From the NCBI GenBank assembly GCA_963706955.1, contig CAVPOC010000008.1, positions 160,001-224,000 on the forward strand: a stretch of 64,000 nt of DNA, in the 5' to 3' direction. A program made the translations under genes and the position numbers. Below, in pieces: positions 9,257 through 18,882 of the stretch. The DNA is from an uncultured Verrucomicrobiae bacterium. GTDB taxonomy: Bacteria > Verrucomicrobiota > Verrucomicrobiia > Chthoniobacterales > Terrimicrobiaceae. Under the pieces are notes generated by a model. The model saw only the letters and a program-made list of their open reading frames with translations, had not been told where the DNA came from and ran no database searches. Within the stretch, counting starts at the first letter, position 1. Every line of letters starts with the position of its first letter.

Positions 9257-10522
9257 ATGGTGAACGAAGAACAGTTGGAAACGACAGCCACGATCCTTCA
9301 TGCTGACCTGGATGCGTTCTATGCTTCGGTCGAGCAGTTGCTCGATCCATCCTTGCGCGGCAGCCCCATCGCCGTCGGTGGCGGAGTTGTGCTCGCCGCT
9401 TCCTACGAAGCCAGGGCCTGCGGGGTCCGCGGGGGTATGCCAGGCAGACGAGCGCGCGAGCTCTGTCCGCAGCTCGTTTTTGTTAGCGGCCATTTCCAGG
9501 ACTACCAGCGGCTGGGCGATGCGGCCATCAAGGTAATTAAGGATTTTACGCCCCTCGTTGAGCGGATTTCCATCGATGAGGCCTTTGCCGACGTTGCGGG
9601 CTGCACCCATCTGTTCGGTCCGCCGGCCGAAATTGCCGGAGCAATCCGACGTCGTGTCCGGACGGAGCTCGGCCTTCCGATCTCAATCGGCGTGGCGCGC
9701 ACCAAGCACTTGGCGAAGATCGCCTCACAAGCAGCCAAGCCCGACGGGCTGGTGGTGGTCGATCCCGGCACCGAACTGGACTTTCTTCACGATCTGCCTG
9801 TCGAACTGATGTGGGGCGTGGGCCCGGTCAGTAAGGCGCGGCTGGCCGACATCGGTGTACATACCATCGGACAATTGGCGCGCACACCGGGACAGTCGCT
9901 CACGCAGTTGCTTGGTCCCGCAGCGGGAGAGAAACTCGCGGCGCTCGCGTGGAATCGCGATCCTCGGGAAATCAGGACTCATCGGCGGGCAGGATCGGCG
10001 GGCGCACAGTCAGCACTCGGCAGCAAGCCTGCTGAAGAGCGCGTTTTCCGACCCACCCTGCGCCATCTAGCGGACAGGATTTGCAGCCGGCTCCGGGCCA
10101 GGTCCCGGCCCGGCCGAACGGTGGCGGTCCGGGTTCGCTTCGTCGACCTGCGCTCCGTCAGCCGTTCCGTAACGCTCGGCGCGCCGATTTCGACGACAGC
10201 AATCCTTGCCGAGATCGCAGAAGAACTCGTGCGCACGGTGCTCGCGCAGCATCCGGATGAGAAGACCATCTCGCTTCTGGCGATTTCCGTATCGAATCTC
10301 GAGGAGCACCCAGAGCTGCAGCTCGAGCTTCCGCTCGGGCTTGCGGATGAGAAGCGCCGTCCTGGCAGCGAAAGAAGTATGGCGCGCTCGGCGGCCGATC
10401 GCGCTGTCGACGCCATCCGCAATCGCTTCGGATGGAACGCGGTTGGATACGGATCGGTCGCACTGGGAGTTTCCCGCTCCGTGCCGGACGCGTTTCGCGA
10501 GCTCGCCGAAAAGGAGCTTTGA
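9257..10522 (+). CDS. dinB: DNA polymerase IV (Y family)
   Basis: ILHADLDAFYASVEQ, AASYEAR, SIDEAF and LAKIAS motifs. Confidence 0.95.
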   Translation: MVNEEQLETTATILHADLDAFYASVEQLLDPSLRGSPIAVGGGVVLAASYEARACGVRGGMPGRRARELCPQLVFVSGHFQDYQRLGDAAIKVIKDFTPLVERISIDEAFADVAGCTHLFGPPAEIAGAIRRRVRTELGLPISIGVARTKHLAKIASQAAKPDGLVVVDPGTELDFLHDLPVELMWGVGPVSKARLADIGVHTIGQLARTPGQSLTQLLGPAAGEKLAALAWNRDPREIRTHRRAGSAGAQSALGSKPAEERVFRPTLRHLADRICSRLRARSRPGRTVAVRVRFVDLRSVSRSVTLGAPISTTAILAEIAEELVRTVLAQHPDEKTISLLAISVSNLEEHPELQLELPLGLADEKRRPGSERSMARSAADRAVDAIRNRFGWNAVGYGSVALGVSRSVPDAFRELAEKEL

Positions 10523-10660
10523 CTTCACGCGCGCAACAGTTGACGGCGAGCGTTTCGGTGCCCTTGAGGCGGGTGGAGGCGGACCTGGGGTCAAAAGGGG
10601 AGACAACAAACCCTTAGGAGCATCTGTCAAGATCCGACCCCAGCTGCAACCCACGCAGAG

Positions 10661-10712
10661 TGCTCGGCGGGGACGCCGAGCACCACACCCGAGACGGGGA
10701 TGCTCCCCGGAA
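10661..10712. repeat. REP-like palindrome
   Basis: GTGCTCGGCG-GGGA-CGCCGAGCAC perfect hairpin in an intergenic region. Confidence 0.45.
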
Positions 10713-10845
10713 ACGCGCAGAACGACCGGTCACGCACCGACAATTTACCTAAGCATGCGAAAGCCGCCGCAATTTCTGGCTCTCTGACCCCAAGCATCGA
10801 CAATCCGCGGAAAGTGTTTCACGCTGCTTGGGGCTTGGAGGAACC

Positions 10846-11616
10846 ATGGAGAAAAAGAAAGTTCTACTGGTCGGCGAAAGCTGGGTCACTTCGGCAAATC
10901 ACACCAAGGGATGGGACACGTTCTCGAGCGTGACGTTTCACTTGGGGGCCGAACCGCTCGTCGACGCCCTGAAGGACAGCCCATTCGAGCTGACCTACAT
11001 GAAGGCGCATGAAGCGGCCCTCGACTTTCCACTCTCCCTGGAAGGGCTCACCCACTACGACGCTATTCTGCTGTCCGATATCGGTTCGAACACGCTGTTG
11101 CTGCATCCGGACGTCTGGCTTCAGGGAAAGACGGTCCCCAACCGCCTCAAGCTCCTGAAGGAATATTCGGCCCAGGGCGGCGGGCTCATGATGATCGGCG
11201 GCTACTTTTCATTTCAGGGGATCGACGGCAGGGCCCGCTGGCACAAGACAGCAGTCGAAGAGGTCTTGCCGGTTACCTGTATTCCCTATGACGACCGCTT
11301 CGAAGCACCTGAAGGGATTGTCGCCGAGATAACCATGCCGTCTCATCCCATCGTGTCGGGGCTCGACACACCATGGCCCGCCCTGCTTGGGGTAAATGAG
11401 GTGAAGGTCAAGGAGCGTCAGGACGTGCAGGTCATTGCGCGCCTCCCGGCAGATCAAGGTGGCCACCCCCTGCTTGTAGCTGGAAGCCATGGACATGGCC
11501 GGACCCTGGCATGGACGTCCGATATCGGGCCGCATTGGCTGCCAAACGCCTTCGTCGAATGGCCGGGCTACAAGCGGCTCTGGATTCAGGCGCTGGGCTG
11601 GCTCACCCGATCGTAG
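10846..11616 (+). CDS. GATase1-like (DUF1355-type) glutamine amidotransferase-fold protein
   Basis: VLLVGESW, YDAILLSDIGSNTLLL, GGGLMMIGGYFSFQG, WTSDIGPHW; GGAGG RBS. Confidence 0.85.
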   Translation: MEKKKVLLVGESWVTSANHTKGWDTFSSVTFHLGAEPLVDALKDSPFELTYMKAHEAALDFPLSLEGLTHYDAILLSDIGSNTLLLHPDVWLQGKTVPNRLKLLKEYSAQGGGLMMIGGYFSFQGIDGRARWHKTAVEEVLPVTCIPYDDRFEAPEGIVAEITMPSHPIVSGLDTPWPALLGVNEVKVKERQDVQVIARLPADQGGHPLLVAGSHGHGRTLAWTSDIGPHWLPNAFVEWPGYKRLWIQALGWLTRS

Positions 11617-11857
11617 TCCCTGATGCTCCATGTCCTTGGAAACGCAGACAGGGGATACCACGTTTCGCGTGGAGATCCTGCCGAGATCAGGGGATACACT
11701 CAATGCGCGCATCAAGTATGGCGGACTGGGCGGCAAAGGCTGAATCAGGCAATCGCCACCGGCACGGAATCCTGGCCGCGCGCGCCCGCCTGTTAACGGG
11801 CTGCCCGCTGCACCGCCGTACCGGCCGTCTGACACAAATGTTCCTGAGGCCCTTTTT

Positions 11858-12640
11858 ATGATATACGTAAAATGTTTTATGAAGAACGATCTGGAGAAAA
11901 TGAGGTCGCCTGGCTTTCGCCCCTTCCTGTTTCTGCGCGGCATTCTGGCGGCGGCGTCCATCTCGGCTTTTGCGTGGACTGATGCCGCGCGGGCGGTTGA
12001 TCAAGATCTCGACTGGGTCGGCTTATGGAGCGACTGTCTTGCGCGGCAAAAGGGCCTGATGTGGAACAAGGAGACCCGTCGCGCTCTGTCCGCCTATGCG
12101 GAACGCTTTGAAAGACTCAGGGACAGGTCGCTGGCGGAAAAATGCGCCGCCGTTAACGCGGCTGTCAACAAGGACATTGCCTTCGTATGGGACCAGTGGA
12201 ATTACGCGATTGAGGAACGTTTCGCCACCCCCGCCGAAACTCTGCGCGAGGGCAGGGGCGACTGCGAGGATTACGCCATCATGAAGTATTTCTTGCTGCG
12301 CCATCTGGATGTGCCAGCCGACAACCTGCTGCTGGCGGTGGTCGACATTCCCGACGGGATACACATGGTCGTTCTGGCGGGAGAGGTACTCCCCCTCTTC
12401 CAGGCCGGAAACCGCGGTTTCTTCGTGGGCACGCGCCCGAAGGGCATCCTGGTCCTAGACAACAAGAATCAGGACAAACCGCCGCCCGCGCTCGAAAGCG
12501 CGCCCTATCACGACGCCCATTTTCTCTTGAACGAAAAGAAGGCTCTGAAAAAGGGCGGCGACAACGTATGGCGGATGGAGCGGGAATATAAACCAGTTCC
12601 GCTGTCAAGACTCTTCCCGGTCAGAAAGGCTTCGCCATAG
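11858..12640 (+). CDS. Transglutaminase-like cysteine peptidase (BTLCP/LapG-like)
   Basis: ATPAETL...GDCEDYAIMKY...HMVVL...LDN gives the Cys-His-Asp triad; start uncertain. Confidence 0.85.
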   Translation: MIYVKCFMKNDLEKMRSPGFRPFLFLRGILAAASISAFAWTDAARAVDQDLDWVGLWSDCLARQKGLMWNKETRRALSAYAERFERLRDRSLAEKCAAVNAAVNKDIAFVWDQWNYAIEERFATPAETLREGRGDCEDYAIMKYFLLRHLDVPADNLLLAVVDIPDGIHMVVLAGEVLPLFQAGNRGFFVGTRPKGILVLDNKNQDKPPPALESAPYHDAHFLLNEKKALKKGGDNVWRMEREYKPVPLSRLFPVRKASP

Positions 12641-12999
12641 CCACCGCCACGATGATCAGAGGGAGGATCGTCGGCACCTCGTCCGGAAGCGGTGGAAATC
12701 GCGGGTGTTCCCGTCGCGCTCGAAAATCTTGTGCCAGCGCGCATAGAGCCCATACACCGCGCTCATCAAGAAGGGCGAGCACGGCTCACCCGTCGTCTTC
12801 GCCAGCAATTCACGAAGACCGAACAGACGGAGGCAAGAAGGGGTCGGTCATTCAATATTGCTTTGTGGGAACATGCCTCAGCGAGTCGGTGTCGGAGCGT
12901 CCACTCTGCAGCGGATATCAGGAATTACTGTCTGACCCTTTTGCTTCCCGGACCCCTTTCGCTAGAGAGGGGCCTCCTCCGGTCATCGTGCATGGGCGG

Positions 13000-13400
13000 G
13001 GAATGAATGCCTGCTCCGAGGGGTATCGGCGCAACTCGGCAAGCATCAAACTATCGGCGCCAGCTGGCTGGCGCAGCTTCTCGAGACCATCAGTCGCGGC
13101 TGCATCGACCTGCACGACATTTTCTGCGCTCGTATAGACGGTGGGGATTCCTGCATCGATTTGAGGTAACATCAGTCGGCGTAAGCCGCAGGAAACAGAT
13201 CGTCACAGCGTCCGCCGAAATTCGCGGCGAAACTCATCGAGGGCACTAATCCCAGCTCGACGATCTTCACCTAACGCCGAACATCCCCAGTTCATAAGCG
13301 AGCGATTCCGAGAAACCCTCGAAGGCGTAGTTGCTCACCGTATAGGCCGCGAAGCAACAAGGGATCAGCATCAAATATTGATTATTAGATCGTCCAACTG
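13000..13400 (-). pseudogene. Short-chain dehydrogenase (SDR) C-terminal remnant
   Basis: AAYTVSNYAFEGFSESLAYELGMFGVR/VKIV...AAATDG...LR.PAGADSLMLAELR, with frameshifts and stops. Confidence 0.7.
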
Positions 13401-13678
13401 GCCATCTCCATCGGGTCTTATTTCACCGAGGGGGAGATCCAGATCCTGCAAAAGGCTGTCGGTCCCGGTCATGCTGTCAACGGGTCAATAGGACTAGTCA
13501 GGTCGTCCTTAAGCACGTCGGGGATGTCAGCCAAGAAAGGCGCAGAGCTTGCCAAGGGGCGCCGGTGGTGCAAAGATGTCACAAATCTGAAGTAGGCGGA
13601 GGATACCCCCCGCTAGGTCCTTCGCCTCTTTCAGGCCGGTAATGGCAGAACGAATATGGCGGGGAAGAAAGGAAGCAA

Positions 13679-13870
13679 GTGAAACGAGCCTTAATCACAA
13701 TGATCGGTGCCACAATGTTGCTAATCGGCGCCACCACGATAGCCACTGCAGCGGACAAGCTCGTCGTCCCGGTCTACAAAATGCCCGGTAGCGACAAGCT
13801 CGTAGTGCCGGTCTACAAAATGCCCGGTAGCGACAAGCTCGTAGTCCACGTTTACAAAATGCCCGGTTAG
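13679..13870 (+). CDS. Secreted small tandem-repeat peptide (signal peptide + 3x DKLVVPVYKMPG[S])
   Basis: AAAGGAAG RBS, GTG start, signal peptide ending ATAA, three in-frame 39-bp repeats. Confidence 0.6.
   Translation: MKRALITMIGATMLLIGATTIATAADKLVVPVYKMPGSDKLVVPVYKMPGSDKLVVHVYKMPG
13754..13870 (+). repeat. 39-bp tandem repeat x3
   Basis: GACAAGCTCGTMGTSCCGGTCTACAAAATGCCCGGTAGC-type units at 13754, 13793 and 13832. Confidence 0.95.
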
Positions 13871-14024
13871 GCCTGTTCCAAAAAACGGGAAACCCCACTC
13901 CATCGTCGGGCCGCCTCGAAACCTGGTCTATGTGGATGGACCTACTGCGGCCAGTGTGGGGTCAGTCCTAATATTTTTACATTTTCCCGTAATCAGATTG
14001 CAGACCCACGGCGGGGGCGAGAAG

Positions 14025-14362
14025 AAGGGTCAGCCATTTGATATTGATTATCGCTAGCCGGCGGGAACGGATACACACACATTCGCCCTTATTTGGGAGC
14101 CAACCCCCTCGAGTCTCGCGAAGGCCTTACGGCCAAGTCGAGCGGCCGGCCGGGTCATTGTCCACTTCGCGAAGGGATGCTCCCACGCATGAAGCCGAAG
14201 GGAAGAGAGTTGGCGTTTTCCGCCATTCAATCAAGATCCGGATAAGCGAGCGTCCCGCTGAAGGGAAAAAAGAGCGCCGACAGCCAAACCAAGATTTGGG
14301 CCACGCTGCTACTCGTTGCAATTTCGTTGGAGAAAATTGCAATATTAATGGCTGACCCCTTT
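14025..14362. mobile_element. TIR-bounded mini-element (second GGGTCAG subfamily)
   Basis: Left end AAGGGTCAGCCATTTGATATTG; right end reverse complement AAAGGGGTCAGCCATTAATATTG. Confidence 0.55.
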
Positions 14363-14476
14363 CCCTCCGCGCTCAGCTCAACAGCACCCCAGAGTCGCTC
14401 CTGACCGTCTTAGCCGTCGCCTGTCCGTAACGCACAGTCTGCATGTACCATCGAGATGCGACCCCCGGGATTCTAT

Positions 14477-15460
14477 CTAAAACTTATGGATCCAGCGTAG
14501 GTTGATCCTGGATCCCTGGAAGCGATTCTGTGCTTCGACCTCATAATAGGCGTTAAAGAAGAGCTGGTCCCGGTTGGAGAAAACGTAGAGCGCGCCCGGG
14601 CCAATTGCGACGACTCTTTCCTTGCTATTCGGAATGGGTGTGCCGTTGAAGTTTGAATCGGTGATCTGCTGCAGATAGTACCCATTCACTCCGAGGTGCA
14701 GCTTTCCTTTCACGACCTCGACCGACGAGGCGAAGTTAAGGTGAATGGCTTGGCCAGGCTGGACGTTCGTGTCGGGGTTCCTCGAGTTCCAGAGATAGTG
14801 CAGGCGCCAGGACACGTTCCACCGAGGATGCAGGAGCAGTGTGGCGGCCCAATAGGGGTTGAAGCTGTAAATATTGCTGGCCGCGTTGACCTGCCTAAGA
14901 GAGTCGTAGGAGCCCGTCGGAAAAACAGCGTCGAGCTCGATGCGTTGCGCGAGAACGGGCCAGCCGTTGCCGCCGATCGGATCCCATTGGATGAAGGGAC
15001 CAAAGAAGATATCACCCAGGGAGAAGGACTTTTCCCGAAAACCGATGAAATCATCGGGATTAACGTCGGTGACAACCACAGGAATCGTCAGATCGAGACC
15101 CCAACGGCCCTTTGGCAGGATCTGCTGATTTGACTGATAAACCAACTGCGTGAGCATGATCCAGTTCTGCAGTTGGGGAGTTTCAAGCGTGCCGCGTGTC
15201 GTCGGAAGTTTGACCTCATTGCCTTCATAGTCGAGCAGTCGATTCGACATGTAGTACTGAAAGTATTGCTCCAGGTAGAGGCCAGGTCCGCCGGGCGGGG
15301 GAAGTCCATCAAAAAAGCTGGTCGCGCCCAGGTTCACGCCAGGAAGCTGGGCGTGGCCGGAAGCCGCAAAGCCAATACCGAACGCACCCAGTATGACGCA
15401 AATGAGGAGTGGCCGCCCGCAGGTCGACGCTTCACTGCCTCGGCGCGCCTTAAAGATCAT
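14477..15460 (-). CDS. SphA / MetA-pathway-of-phenol-degradation family outer-membrane channel
   Basis: Signal peptide, NLGATSFFDG, LGDIFFGP, PTGSYD, GYYLQQITD, C-terminal Phe. Confidence 0.85.
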   Translation of the reverse strand: MIFKARRGSEASTCGRPLLICVILGAFGIGFAASGHAQLPGVNLGATSFFDGLPPPGGPGLYLEQYFQYYMSNRLLDYEGNEVKLPTTRGTLETPQLQNWIMLTQLVYQSNQQILPKGRWGLDLTIPVVVTDVNPDDFIGFREKSFSLGDIFFGPFIQWDPIGGNGWPVLAQRIELDAVFPTGSYDSLRQVNAASNIYSFNPYWAATLLLHPRWNVSWRLHYLWNSRNPDTNVQPGQAIHLNFASSVEVVKGKLHLGVNGYYLQQITDSNFNGTPIPNSKERVVAIGPGALYVFSNRDQLFFNAYYEVEAQNRFQGSRINLRWIHKF

Positions 15461-15849
15461 AGGTTATACGGATTGTGACCCGCTTTGATGGTGCGGACGG
15501 GTGACATCTCTCTCTGGCGTTCAATTGCGTAATCCTGCGAAGTTAGATAGACATAGGTTACCTGGCACTCTCCTCACATTCGATAGTGACGAGTTGGCCG
15601 AAATCGCTCTAAAGTCTTTAATCCCCGTAGGCGAGCGGTCGGCAGGGATGCAAAAAGCAGCCTCGCCGAAGACTCGTCAGCATGCGCCCCATCACGAGGG
15701 AGGTCAGTCCGCAGCAGGTCCTCCGTCGCCCGGCAAATAGCTCCGTTGGCCCCAAACTTGCCAAACAGGGATCTCGATAAAAATGCCTGCGCTCGAAACT
15801 TGTTTGGATTAAGTACGAGCACTTTCGAAAATCTGTGGTAGATGTATTG

Positions 15850-16197
15850 ATGCCTTCAAATTTCAGCTCCTTCTACCGTCGCGTCCCGGACAATGTCACT
15901 GAGGAGCTGGTGGCGGCCCTTTCGGGCTCGAAATCCTACGAGTTCAAAGCTCTTTTTAGCGTCATTCATGCGGCTCTCAGGGCTCGGAATGCCGCCGGCG
16001 GCGGCGAAGAAATGTTGCGGCTGCGCACTTACGAGAAGCTCCAGAACCTCGTGCGAGCGGGCCAGGTCAAGAAGACCGGCAAAAAATACAAGGGCGTGGC
16101 CAAGGCCCTGCTCCTTCTGAGCGAGACTCTGAAAGATTATCGGAAGAACGGTCCCTCCTTTTCCCGCAGGCTCGCGCTCGCTCCCAAACCCCTCTAA
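15850..16197 (+). CDS. Basic hypothetical protein, possibly winged-helix
   Basis: Protein-like codon usage; EEMLRLRTYEKLQNLVRAGQVKKTGKKY resembles a helix-wing motif. Confidence 0.7.
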   Translation: MPSNFSSFYRRVPDNVTEELVAALSGSKSYEFKALFSVIHAALRARNAAGGGEEMLRLRTYEKLQNLVRAGQVKKTGKKYKGVAKALLLLSETLKDYRKNGPSFSRRLALAPKPL

Positions 16198-16748
16198 GGG
16201 CAAGGGCAGATCAAAATCTGGCAAATCTTCCAGGACATTCCCCTGAAGATCATCGGGGAGCTTGGTCTGACGATGCTGGCTTGCCTGCCATTGAGCATTG
16301 CCAAAGACGGGTAGGACGACCGGCAGACTCATCAGGCCGTCGGCAGCGCAATCCGCCTTTTGCAAGCCAGACTCCCGAGTCTTACAAAGGCCGTTTGGCC
16401 GGGTCGTGCCGCCACCCCGGGTCAATGTCGATTTCGGGAATGGATGCGCCCACGACTGAAGCCGAACGGACAGACTCGGCGTTCCCCGCCACTCAATTAT
16501 CAAAGGATGCTGGATTTGGCGAGCGTCGCACTGAACGAAGAAGAACGCACATAGTCCCAACCACGCCCCTTGGGCAAAAGCTGCCACTCGTGGCACTCGC
16601 ACTAAAAAAACGCAATATCGAACTGGCTGAGCCCTTCGTTTCCTCTGCGGCAAAAAAATCGCGCCGATGTCCTGCGCGCGGCAAGTCGTTCGTCATCTCT
16701 TTAAGCTGAACGAACCGGCGAAAACTATTCACATAACGCAAAAAAGCT

Positions 16749-17276
16749 ATGAGCACTGCTACAGAAGAACCACCCACCCAAAATACGCCCGCCTGCAAGG
16801 AAATGCCCGGACCTGTCGAAGAACACGGACTGCTTGAAAAGTTTGTCGGTGAATGGGAGTCGGAAGGCGAAGCATTCATGGCCCCCGGGCAGCCGCCGAC
16901 GAAACTCAAAGGCGTCGAAAGCTCCCGCATGATCGGCGGCTTTTGGTTTGTTGCGCAAATCAAAAGCACCATTCCTGATTTTCCCTATGAGCAGATCCTG
17001 ACCGTCGGCTACGACCCTGCGAAGAAACAATACATCGGAACGGTGATCGATAGCATGACCAGCTACATTTGGCAGTTGGAGGGGACACTCGATGCCACGG
17101 GAAACGTTCTAACATGGGAAACGGAAGGGCCCGTGCCCGATCCGGCAAAGCCTTCCAAATTCCGAGAGGTGACGGAGCTGAAAAGTTCCGATCATAAAGT
17201 ATTTACCTCCTCGGTGCTTGGAGCGGATGGCTCGTGGAATACCGTGATGACCATTAATATCCGGAGGAAAAAGTAA
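16749..17276 (+). CDS. DUF1579 family protein
   Basis: PVEEHGLLEKFVGEW, GYDPAKKQYIGTVIDSM. Confidence 0.85.
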   Translation: MSTATEEPPTQNTPACKEMPGPVEEHGLLEKFVGEWESEGEAFMAPGQPPTKLKGVESSRMIGGFWFVAQIKSTIPDFPYEQILTVGYDPAKKQYIGTVIDSMTSYIWQLEGTLDATGNVLTWETEGPVPDPAKPSKFREVTELKSSDHKVFTSSVLGADGSWNTVMTINIRRKK

Positions 17277-17364
17277 GCGCTACTATCGCAATTAAAAGCG
17301 AAGAACCCATACCGCTTCTTCCACAGATATATATTTGAAGATAAGAAAAGCCAAATAGCTAACG

Positions 17365-18096
17365 CTACTCTTTCTCAGTAGGGGTGTCGCGGATGATACT
17401 TTTCGTCGGCACTTCGACTGTTTTCCCATCGCTCGTTTTTATCCAGGAGACCTTCGGATCCGATACTATAATTTGCCCGATTAGGGTTCTGCCATCCAAC
17501 AATCGGATGATCTTCTGCTTGATGGAGTTTGGCGGACTTCCAGGAGGTGTTTGCAGCCGGGAGGGCGTGATTTGCGGCGTTGCAGAGGAAACGACCCGTG
17601 CTCGGACGACTTTGTTTCCACGACACGCAGGGCAAACCAATGTGCCAGTGCCCTTGCAGACTTTGCACAAGACCGTCGCCTTACCTCCACACGTCGGACA
17701 CTGACCAATATTCTCGGGCGTTCCGTTCCGTATTTCGATGACCTCCCCCACGTGGTCGCTCGTCCAAGCGTGCCATCCTTTGCTTCCAGTATACTTTTGC
17801 CAGAGTTCCTTGGGATCATGGCCCGGAACGTCCATGTGTTCCCATCTCCCCACGGAAAGCTTCATACATTTACCAGGACAATCGACTTGTCCGTTTTTGC
17901 ACCTCGAAGCTTTGCATACTACTGCGCCTGTTCCCTCACACCTTAGGCATTTTACAAGAGGTGCTCCCGAAGCGTCAACGGTTGGGAGTTTATCAGGCTC
18001 ACTGTTTGCAAGGATTCCGACAGAACTGTGGCCAAAATACCAATAAGCGCCTAAGGCCATCGCACAGACGGTCAAGAGATAAACAAATGATTTCAC
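17365..18096 (-). CDS. Membrane-anchored protein with DnaJ-type Cys-rich Zn-finger repeats
   Basis: N-terminal TM; CLRCEGTG, CPTCGGK, CKVCKGTG, CPACRGNK; C-terminal small beta domain (LLDGRTLIGQI). Confidence 0.75.
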   Translation of the reverse strand: MKSFVYLLTVCAMALGAYWYFGHSSVGILANSEPDKLPTVDASGAPLVKCLRCEGTGAVVCKASRCKNGQVDCPGKCMKLSVGRWEHMDVPGHDPKELWQKYTGSKGWHAWTSDHVGEVIEIRNGTPENIGQCPTCGGKATVLCKVCKGTGTLVCPACRGNKVVRARVVSSATPQITPSRLQTPPGSPPNSIKQKIIRLLDGRTLIGQIIVSDPKVSWIKTSDGKTVEVPTKSIIRDTPTEKE

Positions 18097-18882
18097 GTAA
18101 CCTCAACCGTTGTCACAGGGAAGAGACGGAGGCCAGGTGAATCTTCCTCCCATAAGCAAACGGACTGGGCGCCGTCCAAAGGAGCGGTTTTGTTCGGACG
18201 ATGTGGGGCAATTGGCTTTTTGAAAATCCGCATCTGCCTCGCTGTGCCTGGAGGGCCATATACGGCGAGAAGACATAGACGCTCGGTCTGTCGAGCTTGA
18301 TTGTTTCGGCGGAAGGCAAAATTAGGGATGAATTGGCCGAGCGATTCTCAAAAGCGAATGTCTGGCCTGCCTAAGTTGCGCCTTGAAATGACAGCCGAAG
18401 ACATCAGAAGAAGCTGCTGGTAAATGGGATTGCCTGAGACGAGGGGACGGACGTCTTAGGAGGTAAAGGTGATATCACTTCGCGAATACTCTGCTGCGAT
18501 CAGAACTTTCCTATCAGGGCCACGAGTTCGCGGATCTTCGCATGGGCAAAAGCCCTCTCGTTCCCTGATCTAGCGGCTTAAGACGCGCGACCCTCAGGGG
18601 CGTCCGGCCATTCGGCCAGCCAAGGGCGCACTCCTCAACCAATTTTCCAACTTCATCACAATTCGCTACGTCCAGTTCAAGATCAGTTGATAAAAAGAGG
18701 CTGCGTTTGAGGCGACTTCAGCCGCTAGAACGGCCGGGTCGCCCCTTAGCATACCACTTTAGCAAATTCCTACCTCGGACAGATTGGGGTCGAAACTGAT
18801 TTCGCCTCAAACGCAACCGCCAAAACGACAAGGTCGATTGTGCTCGGCATCGATCTGCACGTTGAGGCCACTAACAAGAGAA

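Noticed and set aside
13754..13870. 39-bp repeats as a CRISPR array
   Set aside because: Units are contiguous with no spacers, are in frame in an ORF, and no cas genes are present.
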